Source of the DNA: Acidimicrobiia bacterium
Lineage (GTDB): Bacteria > Actinomycetota > Acidimicrobiia > Acidimicrobiales > JANYDT01
Assembly (NCBI GenBank): GCA_031418035.1
Contig: JANOWU010000051.1
Span: forward strand, 20,803-84,802
Length of the DNA: 64,000 bases
Direction of reading: 5' to 3'
The stretch's first letter is position 1. Each line of letters starts with the position of its first letter. Positions 51,543 to 60,757 of the stretch are shown here, one piece after another. A model generated the notes under the pieces. That model searched no databases. It was given only the letters and a program-made list of their open reading frames with translations, and had not been told where the DNA came from. A program made the translations under genes and the position numbers.

Positions 51543-52409
51543 ATGACCATCGAGATTTGCATCGTCGGTTACGAGAGCGGCCACTACGCGCCGTTCTGGG
51601 TCGACGCCGCACAGCGAACTGGCGCGTCGCTGGCTCTTGCCGACAACGCTCCAGGCTCCTCGTCCGTCTCGGCGCTCGAGTCACTCCCCGAACATTCGAT
51701 TCCAACCCGAACGCTTCGTCTGCCCCACAATCCCGGGTTCGGCGCCGCCTGCAACCGACTGGCCGAGACTTCGAACGCTGAGTGGCTCATGTTCCTCAAC
51801 CCCGACGCGAACATCGTCTCGTTCGATCGCACATCATTGCAGCGTCGCACGATTCTCGGCGCCCGTCAGCGAAACCTGGAGGGCCGACCGATCCACTGCG
51901 CAGGGCGTCGTTACGGAATCGCTGAGGAAATTGCGCATTCGTGGCTTCGATACAAGCCCCGAGACCCGGTCGGTTCGGGGTACGTGAGCGGCGGGGCGAT
52001 GATTGTAGAGCGGACCGTCTTCAGCGAGATCGGAGGTTTCGACGAGAAATTCTTCCTCTTTTACGAAGACATCGACTTTTGTCTTCGTGCGTCGAAGTTG
52101 GGTATTGCTGTGCGGGTGGAACCCTCTTGGGACGTCGTCCACGAATTAGGACATGCAACGCGACGCAATTGGGATTTTGCACTGACGCAAAGTTATCTCT
52201 CGGGCCGGTATTTTCACCAAAAACATGGTCACCTCATTCCCTGCTACGACGCGTACGTTTCTCTGGATTCGATTGCCCGCTGGGGACTTTCGTCCGTGCG
52301 CGGTAATCGCACGAAGGCGAGTGCCTACAAACGGCTCGCCGGGCTCGCGGGTCGATCGCTCAGGGGTCGTAGCCCGGTCGCGATTGAGCGAACAACGTTG
52401 GACGGGTGA
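51543..52409 (+). CDS. Glycosyltransferase family 2 (rhamnosyltransferase-like)
   Basis: ATG 51543 preceded by GAGAGG. HNPGFGAACN, WLMFLNPDANI (D-x-D region), GGAMIVERTVF, FFLFYEDIDFCLR. Confidence 0.85.
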   Translation: MTIEICIVGYESGHYAPFWVDAAQRTGASLALADNAPGSSSVSALESLPEHSIPTRTLRLPHNPGFGAACNRLAETSNAEWLMFLNPDANIVSFDRTSLQRRTILGARQRNLEGRPIHCAGRRYGIAEEIAHSWLRYKPRDPVGSGYVSGGAMIVERTVFSEIGGFDEKFFLFYEDIDFCLRASKLGIAVRVEPSWDVVHELGHATRRNWDFALTQSYLSGRYFHQKHGHLIPCYDAYVSLDSIARWGLSSVRGNRTKASAYKRLAGLAGRSLRGRSPVAIERTTLDG

Positions 52410-53443
52410 AGATGCGCACCCACTCGCTTGTCACCGTCACCCCGTACACGCGCCGCGACGCCAGCAGCCGCGCGCGCGTCTTTCAATGGCTCGAGCACAC
52501 GGGGATCACTGCGTTGTCGTTCGTCACCGGCGAAATCTCACACCCCGAGCGACTGTATGAGGCATGGTCGGCAGTGCGGCACTCCACCGCCCCCCTGCTC
52601 CTCGCTCGGCATGCCCATCCGCTCGGGCAGGGGTTTCCGGAGCGACACCTGCTACAACGCTCTGGACTCGGCGTGTACGACCTCGACGACGGCCTGCCAT
52701 TCGACGACGGCCGCCTCCCGTTGCATGGGAAGTGGTGGAAGCCGCTCTTTGCAAAGTCACGGATCGCTCATCGGGCCGCACTCGGTGCTCATCGAGTCAT
52801 CGCTGGAAACGAACGCCTCGCCGAGTGGGCGAGTCGGCACTGCAGAGACGTGGTGCAGATCCCTACGTGCGTCGAGCCGGATGACTACGTCGCCAAACAG
52901 GTTTACGGGATCGCCGAGGAGCCTGTCGTCGGCTGGATTGGTTCACCAGCAACGGAACCGCACCTCTTCGGTGTCGCCAGCGCCTTGAGGCAAGCCCAGG
53001 CGGAGTTTCCTTTTCGACTCGAAATCGTTTCGGCTGGCGACGCAACGCTACCTGCCGAAATCGCCCCTTTTACTGTCCGACGGCAGTGGACCCCTGAATT
53101 GGAACGCACCGTCTTGCGTGAGTGGGACCTTGGCATCATGCCGCTTCCAAACCTGCCCTACGAGGCTTCTAAGTGCGCATACAAGTTGCTCCAGTATGGC
53201 GCGAGCGGACTCCCGATGGTCGGCTCCCCCGTCGGGGCAAGCCAACTTTTCCTGACGCAGGTCAATGCGCAGATGCCGCAGACCGAAAACGAATGGGTTG
53301 GCTCGATCCTCGACGTGCTTCGCGCTGACGCCACCGAACGCGAGTCGGTTGGTCTGCGAGGCAAACGCGTTGTCAGCGAGAGTTACTCGTACAAAGCGTG
53401 GGAGTCGTCGTGGCGACGCGCGGTTGGTTTCGATTTGTCGTAA
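52406..53443 (+). CDS. Glycosyltransferase (GT-B, GT1/GT4-like)
   Basis: GTG 52406 overlaps the upstream stop (GTGA). 345 aa. C-terminal KCAYKLLQYGASGLPMVGSPVGA resembles the GT-B acceptor/donor loop. Family-level call only. Confidence 0.68.
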   Translation: MKMRTHSLVTVTPYTRRDASSRARVFQWLEHTGITALSFVTGEISHPERLYEAWSAVRHSTAPLLLARHAHPLGQGFPERHLLQRSGLGVYDLDDGLPFDDGRLPLHGKWWKPLFAKSRIAHRAALGAHRVIAGNERLAEWASRHCRDVVQIPTCVEPDDYVAKQVYGIAEEPVVGWIGSPATEPHLFGVASALRQAQAEFPFRLEIVSAGDATLPAEIAPFTVRRQWTPELERTVLREWDLGIMPLPNLPYEASKCAYKLLQYGASGLPMVGSPVGASQLFLTQVNAQMPQTENEWVGSILDVLRADATERESVGLRGKRVVSESYSYKAWESSWRRAVGFDLS

Positions 53444-53455
53444 AAGTGCGCGTCG

Positions 53456-54841
53456 GTGGCGCTGTTCGCCAAGCCGACCTTTCGACGACCGGTCTGCAAG
53501 ACTGCGAGCATGCGCCACACGAGAACCTACATATTCGGTTTGGGGATGATGGCGCTGCCGTTTCTTGTCGGAATGGCCCACGCTCGCTACACAACCCCGC
53601 GCTATGAATTTGGGAGTCAGAACAGCCTTTGGGCTTACGCCGTGCTTGCTGCGATCCATCTTCTGGCCGCACACATTGTGGGCATCCCCGACGAAGTAGA
53701 GGACGTACAACCCGCGCTGGGTTTGGCGATCATCACGGCCGCGTCGAGCACGGGCATTTGGACCGCCCTGCAACTCGCCCGCCCTGGCACGTTGCCGCGG
53801 CGTGTCGTTTTCGCGACCGGCGCGTTCGCTGCCGTGTGGTCATTCGTCTCGGCTTTGGTGAATGTTCGAAGCCGCAGACGTGAGGGTCAACGCGAGCGGA
53901 TAGCGGCCGTGCTGACCGATGCCGAGGCGCTGAGCTTCTCGGCCGATGCCAGCAGAACCTTCCCGCCCCCCGAGATTGCATTTACGGTCACGAGCATCTT
54001 GGATCCCGACGATCTTGCGTCGTTCCAGAACAGAGCGGCAATACAGGAACTGCTCGCAGCCGACGACCCGACCACCATTGTCCTTTCTGACCGAGCCAGC
54101 ACGAATCAACTTCTCGTCGATGTGGCGACCGAGATGCACCGACGTGGAACCAGGGTCCGTACGCTCAGCGATTTCTATCCGGAGTACCTGGGAAAAGTTT
54201 CGCTGCACGATCTGACGGAGATGGCGATGCTGTTCGACGTTCGAGCGATGTTGCACGCACCGTATCGGCGAACCAAACGAGCACTCGACGTCGCCGGGGC
54301 CATCGGTGCAGGGATCTTGTGTTGTGCCCTGGTCCCGTTCGTGTTCCTTGGAAACCTCGTCGCAAACCGGGGCAGTCTCTTGTTTCGCCAGCGTCGCGTC
54401 GGACGAAACGGGAAGACGTTCGTCCTTCTGAAGTTCCGCACGATGATCAACGCTGATCCCGAGGCCTTGCCGTCATGGACGGCCGCCGACGATCCTCGCG
54501 TCACGCGCTTCGGACGGGTTCTGCGCAAGTCGCACCTCGATGAGCTTCCGCAGTTCTGGAATGTCCTTCGTGGCGATCTTTCCCTGGTCGGCCCTCGACC
54601 CGAGCAGCCGCACTACGTGGACGAGCTTCGTGCGAAGGAGGTTGCCTACGATCTCCGGCATCTCGTGCTCCCCGGCCTCACCGGTTGGGCACAGATCAAA
54701 CTCCGTTACGCGTCGACAGAGTCTGCTGCCATCGAGAAGCTGCAGTATGACCTCTACTATCTCCAGAATCAGTCACTCGCTCTCGATCTTCGAATCCTTA
54801 GTCGCACCCTTCGTTCGGTGTTGCGTCGCCAGGGCCACTGA
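53456..54841 (+). CDS. Polyprenyl-phosphate glycosyl-1-phosphate transferase (bacterial sugar transferase, WbaP-like large PGT)
   Basis: 461 aa (GTG 53456; ATG 53510 also possible). N-terminal TM segments. Catalytic C-terminal domain: KRALDVAGA...LLFRQRRVGRNGKTFVLLKFRTM, DPRVTRFGRVLRKSHLDELPQFWNVLRGDLSLVGPRP. Confidence 0.9.
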   Translation: MALFAKPTFRRPVCKTASMRHTRTYIFGLGMMALPFLVGMAHARYTTPRYEFGSQNSLWAYAVLAAIHLLAAHIVGIPDEVEDVQPALGLAIITAASSTGIWTALQLARPGTLPRRVVFATGAFAAVWSFVSALVNVRSRRREGQRERIAAVLTDAEALSFSADASRTFPPPEIAFTVTSILDPDDLASFQNRAAIQELLAADDPTTIVLSDRASTNQLLVDVATEMHRRGTRVRTLSDFYPEYLGKVSLHDLTEMAMLFDVRAMLHAPYRRTKRALDVAGAIGAGILCCALVPFVFLGNLVANRGSLLFRQRRVGRNGKTFVLLKFRTMINADPEALPSWTAADDPRVTRFGRVLRKSHLDELPQFWNVLRGDLSLVGPRPEQPHYVDELRAKEVAYDLRHLVLPGLTGWAQIKLRYASTESAAIEKLQYDLYYLQNQSLALDLRILSRTLRSVLRRQGH

Positions 54842-54874
54842 GCGTATTGGCGTAATTGGCCGGGGACGGACTCC

Positions 54875-55951
54875 GTGAAGATCGTTCACGTCATTACCAA
54901 ACTTGACGTGGGCGGGGCACAGAGCGTCGTCCGAGAATTGGCGTTGAATCAGCGGGCCGGCGAACACGATGTCCAGGTCATTACGGGCACGCTCGGCCCA
55001 GTCGCCGAACAACTGCAAGACCAAGGCATCGACGTGTTCCACCACGCGGGCCTTACACACGCGATAGATCCAGTTCAGGATCGCCGGGCCGGCCGACGAC
55101 TGCAATCGATGCTGCGCGATATCGGGCCCGACCTCGTCCATTCCCACTCCTCGAAAACCGGTCTTCTCGGGCGACAGGCTGCGAAACAACTTGATCTCCC
55201 GTCGGTGTACACCGCCCACGGTTGGCCCTTTCAAAAGGGCGCACCGCTCAAACAGCGGATTCTGTCGTGGGCGGGTGAAACCAGTGCCGGAAGAAGTGGG
55301 GGCCACATCGTTTGCGTGACCTCATCAGACTTTGCCCTTGCCGGCAGACTCCGGCTAGCCCCACCGTCGAGAGTTCATCTTGTGCCGAACGGAACCGGCA
55401 CCGTGCCCATCGCCCATATTGGCGACGCCGGGGACGTTTTCACCGTCGTCATGGTTGCCCGATTCGCATCGCCGAAACGTCATGATCTGGTCGTGCAGGC
55501 AATGCGCCTACTGCCACGACGCATCCGAGTTGTTTTCATCGGTGACGGTCCACGGATGGCGTCGGCAAAGAAGCGGGCAGGTGCTGCTGGCGAACGCGTC
55601 CTGTTCGAGGGAGCGAAGGACCCTGCTGGCTGGTTGGCCCGGAGCAGCGCTTTCGTTCTGATGTCCGATTACGAAGGCCTTCCGATGTCGATTCTCGAAG
55701 GTATGCGCGCTGGCCTTCCCGTCGTGGCGAATGACCTTCCTGGAGTTCGCGACGCGATCACCGACGGCTCCGAAGGTCTACTAGTCCAAAAGACTTCCCT
55801 CGGATTGGCGACGGCGCTTCGCTCTCTCACGGCAGATCCAGTCGCGGCAGCGGATTTCGGGCGGGCAGCCCAACGACGGTGGGCGAAAGATTTTCGTTCA
55901 GACACCATGGCCGAGCGGTACTTCGAGATCTACCGACGGGCTCTGCGATAA
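54875..55951 (+). CDS. Glycosyltransferase family 4
   Basis: GTG 54875. MKIVHVITKLDVGGAQ, VHSHSSKTG, LMSDYEGLPMSILEGMRAGLPVVANDLPGVRD. Confidence 0.87.
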   Translation: MKIVHVITKLDVGGAQSVVRELALNQRAGEHDVQVITGTLGPVAEQLQDQGIDVFHHAGLTHAIDPVQDRRAGRRLQSMLRDIGPDLVHSHSSKTGLLGRQAAKQLDLPSVYTAHGWPFQKGAPLKQRILSWAGETSAGRSGGHIVCVTSSDFALAGRLRLAPPSRVHLVPNGTGTVPIAHIGDAGDVFTVVMVARFASPKRHDLVVQAMRLLPRRIRVVFIGDGPRMASAKKRAGAAGERVLFEGAKDPAGWLARSSAFVLMSDYEGLPMSILEGMRAGLPVVANDLPGVRDAITDGSEGLLVQKTSLGLATALRSLTADPVAAADFGRAAQRRWAKDFRSDTMAERYFEIYRRALR

Positions 55952-55957
55952 CAGGGG

Positions 55958-56974
55958 TCAGGAGGGGACGGTCGCCCGTCCTTGCGCGATCGTGCTCGAA
56001 CTTTGCGAGTTCGACGCCCCGCTGCGAGCGATCGTTGTCGGGGGTCCACTGGCCGGTGGAAGTGGCACCGCGGTTCGAGGTGGGGCCGGGTCAATGGTCG
56101 TCGTCGTTGTTGTCGTCGTGGTCGTGGCCGAAGGCGTCGTCGTTGTCGTTGCCGAAGGCGTCGTCGTGGACGATGTCGAAGGTGTCGTGGTCGTCGTCAC
56201 GTCGAACGGGACGACCGTCGGCGCAGTGATCGGCAGGGCTGGGAAGGTCTCGATGCCATCCCACGGGTTCGGAAGATCGTCGGAGGTTACGTAGATGAAT
56301 CCTGCGCCACGTTGTCGAGCCAGTTCCTCTATTTCACGATGTCGACCGACGGGCGCACCGTAGATGAGATGCCAGAACTTGCGTGGTTGGTAACCCGTTG
56401 GGTTCGACGCAGTCGACGAAAGATATGCCTGCATATTGTTTTCGAAGGAGACAACAATGTCAGGAATATCGACCATGCAGTTTAAGGGAAGACCGCCCGG
56501 ATTCATGACGAGAATTCCACCGTTGGCATGAACGGTGGTCGCGAGCGACTGGTAGTACTCGACCTGCGAACAGCCCCATGGCGTTTCATCGAGGAAGATC
56601 GACGTCACGCCGTACCACTGTCGGTACTTCTCGATGTCGGCGATGACCTCGACCAGCGGACGCGCCGCATAGGTGGTCGGGACGTAGCCGAGTACCTTCG
56701 GGTCGCTGGCGAGGTCGACAAGACGCGTCACCCAACCGGGGTCTACCGCCGCTCCCGGGCCGCTGTCGGGATTCATGACCACATACCGCAAGCCGCCTGC
56801 TTGGGCTTTGACCTTCGCCCAGTTCTCGCTGTCGGAGAAGTACGTCGGTACCGCTCGAGTCGACACGAGTTCGGTCGACTGGGCCAATGCGCTGAGGGTG
56901 ATCCCGCATATGGACAGTGCGAGGCTCGCCGATCCCAGAAGTTGAAGTCGTCGACGCAGTGCGTGCGGGCCCAT
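55958..56974 (-). CDS. Secreted spherulation-specific family 4 (spherulin-4 / GH135-like) protein with C-terminal poly-Thr tail
   Basis: Start at ATG 56974 (MGPHALRRRLQLLGSASLALSICGITLSALA signal). Core: YVVMNPDSGPG, GYVPTTYA, IFLDETPWG, ILVMNPGG, VVSFEN, GFIYVTSDDLPNPWD. Tail: TTTTPSTSSTTTPSATTTTTPSATTTTTTTTTT. Confidence 0.7.
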   Translation of the reverse strand: MGPHALRRRLQLLGSASLALSICGITLSALAQSTELVSTRAVPTYFSDSENWAKVKAQAGGLRYVVMNPDSGPGAAVDPGWVTRLVDLASDPKVLGYVPTTYAARPLVEVIADIEKYRQWYGVTSIFLDETPWGCSQVEYYQSLATTVHANGGILVMNPGGLPLNCMVDIPDIVVSFENNMQAYLSSTASNPTGYQPRKFWHLIYGAPVGRHREIEELARQRGAGFIYVTSDDLPNPWDGIETFPALPITAPTVVPFDVTTTTTPSTSSTTTPSATTTTTPSATTTTTTTTTTIDPAPPRTAVPLPPASGPPTTIARSGASNSQSSSTIAQGRATVPS

Positions 56975-57243
56975 CCGGCGGCCCACCGTTCGTGAGTCCT
57001 TGCTGTGTCTGCCGAAAGTCACAATTGTGCATCGGCGCGGAATGCTCACTGGTTGAGCGATATGCGCCAAAAGAACCACCGTGAGTGTTTCTTCCGACGG
57101 GGATGACCGGTCCACTCGGGGACAGGGGCTACTTTGGATCCCGTTGCTCGATAGCTTTTCCCGAAATTCACGGGTATCACGTCGGCATACCTCGGTATCC
57201 CTGGGCAATACGGACCGCTCAAGACCCCGCTGAAAGGCCCTTC

Positions 57244-58761
57244 ATGACTCGCAAACTCCCGATCACCGTTCTCGCCCTTGCCATATCGGCGAGTGCACTC
57301 GCGGGGCTGGCCGCTGCCCTTCCAGCGAGCGGCGTTGCGAAGCCGAAATCGGGCGATCTGTGCACCAAGAGTCAACTCGGAAAGACCTCATCGAATCTGG
57401 TCTGTTCGCGCTCAGGCACGCGCTACCGCTGGTTCGTACGTCAGACCTCCAAGGTCACCACGACGACTACTCCCTCGGTGACTCCCCCGTCGGGGCCGTC
57501 AACGATCGAGATCGTGTCGATCGTGTTCGGCACGCTTGGGTCCACGAACTCACTTTCTCTTGCGTTGACATGCACCGGACTCGGATCGGACCCGACGACA
57601 CAACGCAAGGAGTTCAAGTTCGGCGCGGCGAACGCCACCGATTCGGCGCAATTCGCCTTGCAGGCACCTTCGACGTCCAACCCGACGGGATCTGGATGTT
57701 CAGCGGCCCTATCGGTTCAGGGCACGCCACCGTCGGCACTTCAGGTACTTCTGAATGGCCGCTCGATTGCGGGTCCAACTGCTGCCGGTACGCTCGCTGT
57801 CCCGAGCTTTACGGCCGACGGTCCGCTCGTACTCACGGTCCTGCAGAGTGCCGGCGGAATTTCGCCAACGACTCCTGGTGCCTCCACGACCGTCCCGGGT
57901 GGGACGACGCCCGTCACGACGGTGCCGCCTACCGGACCTCCGCCGTCGGGAAAGCCTGAAATCCGTGCGAAGTTCACCGGGCCTATCCCTCCAGGTGTAC
58001 TTGGTATCGACATAAAGGTCACCTGCACGCCCGCAGTTGGCACCCCCGCATTCCAGGTGTACTCCGCTCGGATCGCTCGCGACGGCCTGTTCATCGTTCC
58101 TGCGATCTTGGCACCCGCGAGTGCAACAAACTCCGTGAGCTCGTGCCAGATCGAGGGACTGCTCGCCGCCACGCCAACGCCACCACAACTAAGCGCGCAG
58201 GTGTTTGTGAACGCTGCTCGAATCTCCGGTCCGAGCATTGGATCGTCGATCAACTCCCCCGCGTTCGAGGCTGGCCAGCCGTTCACGTCGACGATTGAAT
58301 TCATCTTCCCGGGCGACCCTGCCGCGCCAACGACCGTCACGACGACGCCCACGGCAACCACCACACCCGCGACGTCCACGACCACCACAAAGGTGGCGAC
58401 TCCGTCGGGCAATTCCTTGACCCTTGACGCCGCCACCGGAACGGTGCCGCCGAACGTTCTGGGCTACTTGGCCCAAATAGCGTGCACCAATGTGCTCGTC
58501 GGCGGCGTCAATCAACCCACGTTCTCCTTCTCGTCGAACTTCAGTACGAAGGGCGGCGTGACCACGTACCCGTTCACGGGCCAGGGTTCATCGCAATGCC
58601 AGCTCGCGGTGTCGACCCTTGTTACAGGAACGACGGCCACGACAGGGTCGATCCAGATTCAGAACAACGGCGCCCCCGTCGGGGCCGGGACGGCCTCGGC
58701 GAACTCCTCGCAGTTCGGTGCATCGGGAACCGTTCAACTTCGGGTCCTCGTCGGCTACTGA
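57244..58761 (+). CDS. Secreted protein of unknown function built from three paralogous Cys-pair modules separated by Thr/Pro linkers
   Basis: ATG 57244 (MTRKLPITVLALAISASALAGLAAALPASG signal). Three modules each have x-C-T...(39-43 aa)...S-x-C (LTCTG...GSGCSA; VTCTP...VSSCQI; IACTN...SSQCQL). Linkers: TTTTTPSVTPP, TTPGASTTVPGGTTPVTTVPPTGPPP, TTVTTTPTATTTPATSTTTT. Confidence 0.75.
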   Translation: MTRKLPITVLALAISASALAGLAAALPASGVAKPKSGDLCTKSQLGKTSSNLVCSRSGTRYRWFVRQTSKVTTTTTPSVTPPSGPSTIEIVSIVFGTLGSTNSLSLALTCTGLGSDPTTQRKEFKFGAANATDSAQFALQAPSTSNPTGSGCSAALSVQGTPPSALQVLLNGRSIAGPTAAGTLAVPSFTADGPLVLTVLQSAGGISPTTPGASTTVPGGTTPVTTVPPTGPPPSGKPEIRAKFTGPIPPGVLGIDIKVTCTPAVGTPAFQVYSARIARDGLFIVPAILAPASATNSVSSCQIEGLLAATPTPPQLSAQVFVNAARISGPSIGSSINSPAFEAGQPFTSTIEFIFPGDPAAPTTVTTTPTATTTPATSTTTTKVATPSGNSLTLDAATGTVPPNVLGYLAQIACTNVLVGGVNQPTFSFSSNFSTKGGVTTYPFTGQGSSQCQLAVSTLVTGTTATTGSIQIQNNGAPVGAGTASANSSQFGASGTVQLRVLVGY

Positions 58762-58818
58762 ACAACGTCGTCACGATCCTGACCACCACGTGCGGGCCCA
58801 AACGCGCGGTGGGGGCGA

Positions 58819-59244
58819 CTATGGGCCGACGATGCTTTCGAGTTGGGCTCGGATCTCCGGTGGAATGCGCGTCGGGCGCCCGTGTGTAGTGCAAAATGCC
58901 GCACGGATCTCCGCCGTGCACAACACTTCGCCCGTCATCGCCATATCTCCGTTGCCTTCGCGCACGAGACGCTGACGCCAGATCGAGGTTGCTCCTCCGA
59001 GCTCGGCGATGAAGGTTTCCACGACGAGGGGATCCGCCGCCCGAGCAGAGATTTTGTACGCGACCTGAAGTGTACTTACGACAAACTGATAGCCGGTTTC
59101 GGCAAGGTCGGCCAACGCGAGACCACACGATTCCAGGGCTTCGCATCGGCCCGCTTCGAACCAGGAGACGTAGGCACTGTGGTTGACGTGGTTGTACGGA
59201 TCGAGTTCCGTGAATCGAGCCTTGATTGGCAAGCGATGGATCAT
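58819..59244 (-). CDS. Acyl-CoA thioesterase (4HBT/YbgC hotdog family)
   Basis: Start at ATG 59244 (MIHRLPIKARFTELDPYNHVNHSAYVSWFE...). 141 aa. The remaining upstream part of the 338-aa ORF overlaps the divergent aminotransferase gene. Confidence 0.75.
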   Translation of the reverse strand: MIHRLPIKARFTELDPYNHVNHSAYVSWFEAGRCEALESCGLALADLAETGYQFVVSTLQVAYKISARAADPLVVETFIAELGGATSIWRQRLVREGNGDMAMTGEVLCTAEIRAAFCTTHGRPTRIPPEIRAQLESIVGP

Positions 59245-59394
59245 CTCCCCATTCTCCACCGCAGCGACGCTCGCCGAAAAAGCCGCCCCATCGGGTCTAT
59301 TGTTCCTGCACAAACAGTGTCGTGGCACGTCGGTTGTCGGATACAACAGAAGTACTCGCGCCAGCCATGGCCGGGCTGAAGGGAAGGAACTGCG

Positions 59395-60753
59395 ATGAAC
59401 GCACCCCAAGTTGGTTCTGTTGATGGCGCAAAGGTGAAGGTCGACGACCGAGCGCACGTTTTTCATTCCTGGTCCGCGCAGGCGATGATCGACCCGTTGC
59501 CGGTGGCAGGGGCTCTGGGCAGCGAGTTTTGGGACTATGAGGGAAATCGTTACCTCGACTTCAGCTCGCAACTCGTCAACATGAACATCGGGCATCAGCA
59601 TACCAAGCTCGTGGCGGCGATCCAGGAATACGCGGGAAAGCTGTGCTCCATCGCTCCGTTTCACGCCAACGACGCGCGGGGCGAAGCCGCCCGCCTGATC
59701 GCCGAGCGGGCCCCGGGTGATCTGAACATGGTGTTCTTCACCAACGGCGGCGCAGAGGCGACCGAGAACGCAACACGTATGGCTCGCTTGCATACCGGTC
59801 GCCACAAGGTGATGAGTCATTACCGGAGCTACCACGGGGCAACGTCAGGCGCTATTGCTCTGACCGGCGATCCGCGCCGTTGGCCGAACGAGACCGGTAC
59901 CGCTGGCAACGTCCATTTCTGGGGACCGTATGCGTACCGATCGGCGTTCCACGCCACCAGCGAAGCGCAGGAATGTGAACGAGCGCTCCAACATCTGCGC
60001 GACACATTGATGGTGGAGGGTCCTCAGACGGTCGCCGCAATCATGCTCGAGAGCGTGATCGGAACCAACGGCATTCTCGTTCCGCCGCCCGGGTACCTCG
60101 CCGGAGTACGAGCGATTTGTGACGAGCACGGCATCGTCATGATCTGCGACGAAGTGATGTCGGGGTTCGGACGGTGCGGCGAATGGTTTGCGGTGAACCA
60201 CTGGAACGTGACGCCAGATTTGATCTGCTTTGCCAAAGGTGTGAACTCGGGGTATCTGCCCATCGGTGGCGTGGTCATCTCGGATCAGATTTCGGCAACC
60301 TTTCGAGAGCGCGCCTACCCCGGCGGACTGACCTACTCAGGGCACCCGCTGGCATGTGCCTCGGCGGCAGCGAGCATCAAGATCTTCGAAGAAGAGGGCG
60401 TGATCGATCATGCCCGCATGCTCGGTACCGACATCATTGGACCGGGGCTCGAAAAGATCATGGCCAACCATGCTTGCGTGGGCGAGGTCCGTGGTCTCGG
60501 CGTCTTCTGGGCGATCGAGTTGGTCAAGAGCCGCGAAACCCGTGAGCCACTGGTCCCGTTCAATGCTGCCGGTCCGGCGGCTGCGCCGATGGGTGAGCTC
60601 GTTGCGGCATGCAAGGCCCGGGGCCTTTGGCCGTTCAGCCATTTCAATCGCATTCATGTCGTGCCGCCGTGCAACACCAAAGTCGACGACGTCGAACGCG
60701 GGCTCGCCATCCTCGACGAGGTGTTGACCCTCGCCGACAAGCACACGATCTGA
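59395..60753 (+). CDS. Class III (omega) aminotransferase, PLP-dependent
   Basis: 452 aa. DFSSQLVNMNIGH, FFTNGGAEATENA, ICDEVMSGFGRCG, FAKGVNSGYLPIGG (PLP Lys context). Confidence 0.88.
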   Translation: MNAPQVGSVDGAKVKVDDRAHVFHSWSAQAMIDPLPVAGALGSEFWDYEGNRYLDFSSQLVNMNIGHQHTKLVAAIQEYAGKLCSIAPFHANDARGEAARLIAERAPGDLNMVFFTNGGAEATENATRMARLHTGRHKVMSHYRSYHGATSGAIALTGDPRRWPNETGTAGNVHFWGPYAYRSAFHATSEAQECERALQHLRDTLMVEGPQTVAAIMLESVIGTNGILVPPPGYLAGVRAICDEHGIVMICDEVMSGFGRCGEWFAVNHWNVTPDLICFAKGVNSGYLPIGGVVISDQISATFRERAYPGGLTYSGHPLACASAAASIKIFEEEGVIDHARMLGTDIIGPGLEKIMANHACVGEVRGLGVFWAIELVKSRETREPLVPFNAAGPAAAPMGELVAACKARGLWPFSHFNRIHVVPPCNTKVDDVERGLAILDEVLTLADKHTI

Positions 60754-60757
60754 CCGA

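Noticed and set aside
59245-59835. N-terminal 197 codons of the 338-aa ORF ending as the thioesterase
   Set aside because: It overlaps the divergent class III aminotransferase gene in antisense. The hotdog-fold homology begins at MIHRLPIKARF (ATG 59244).
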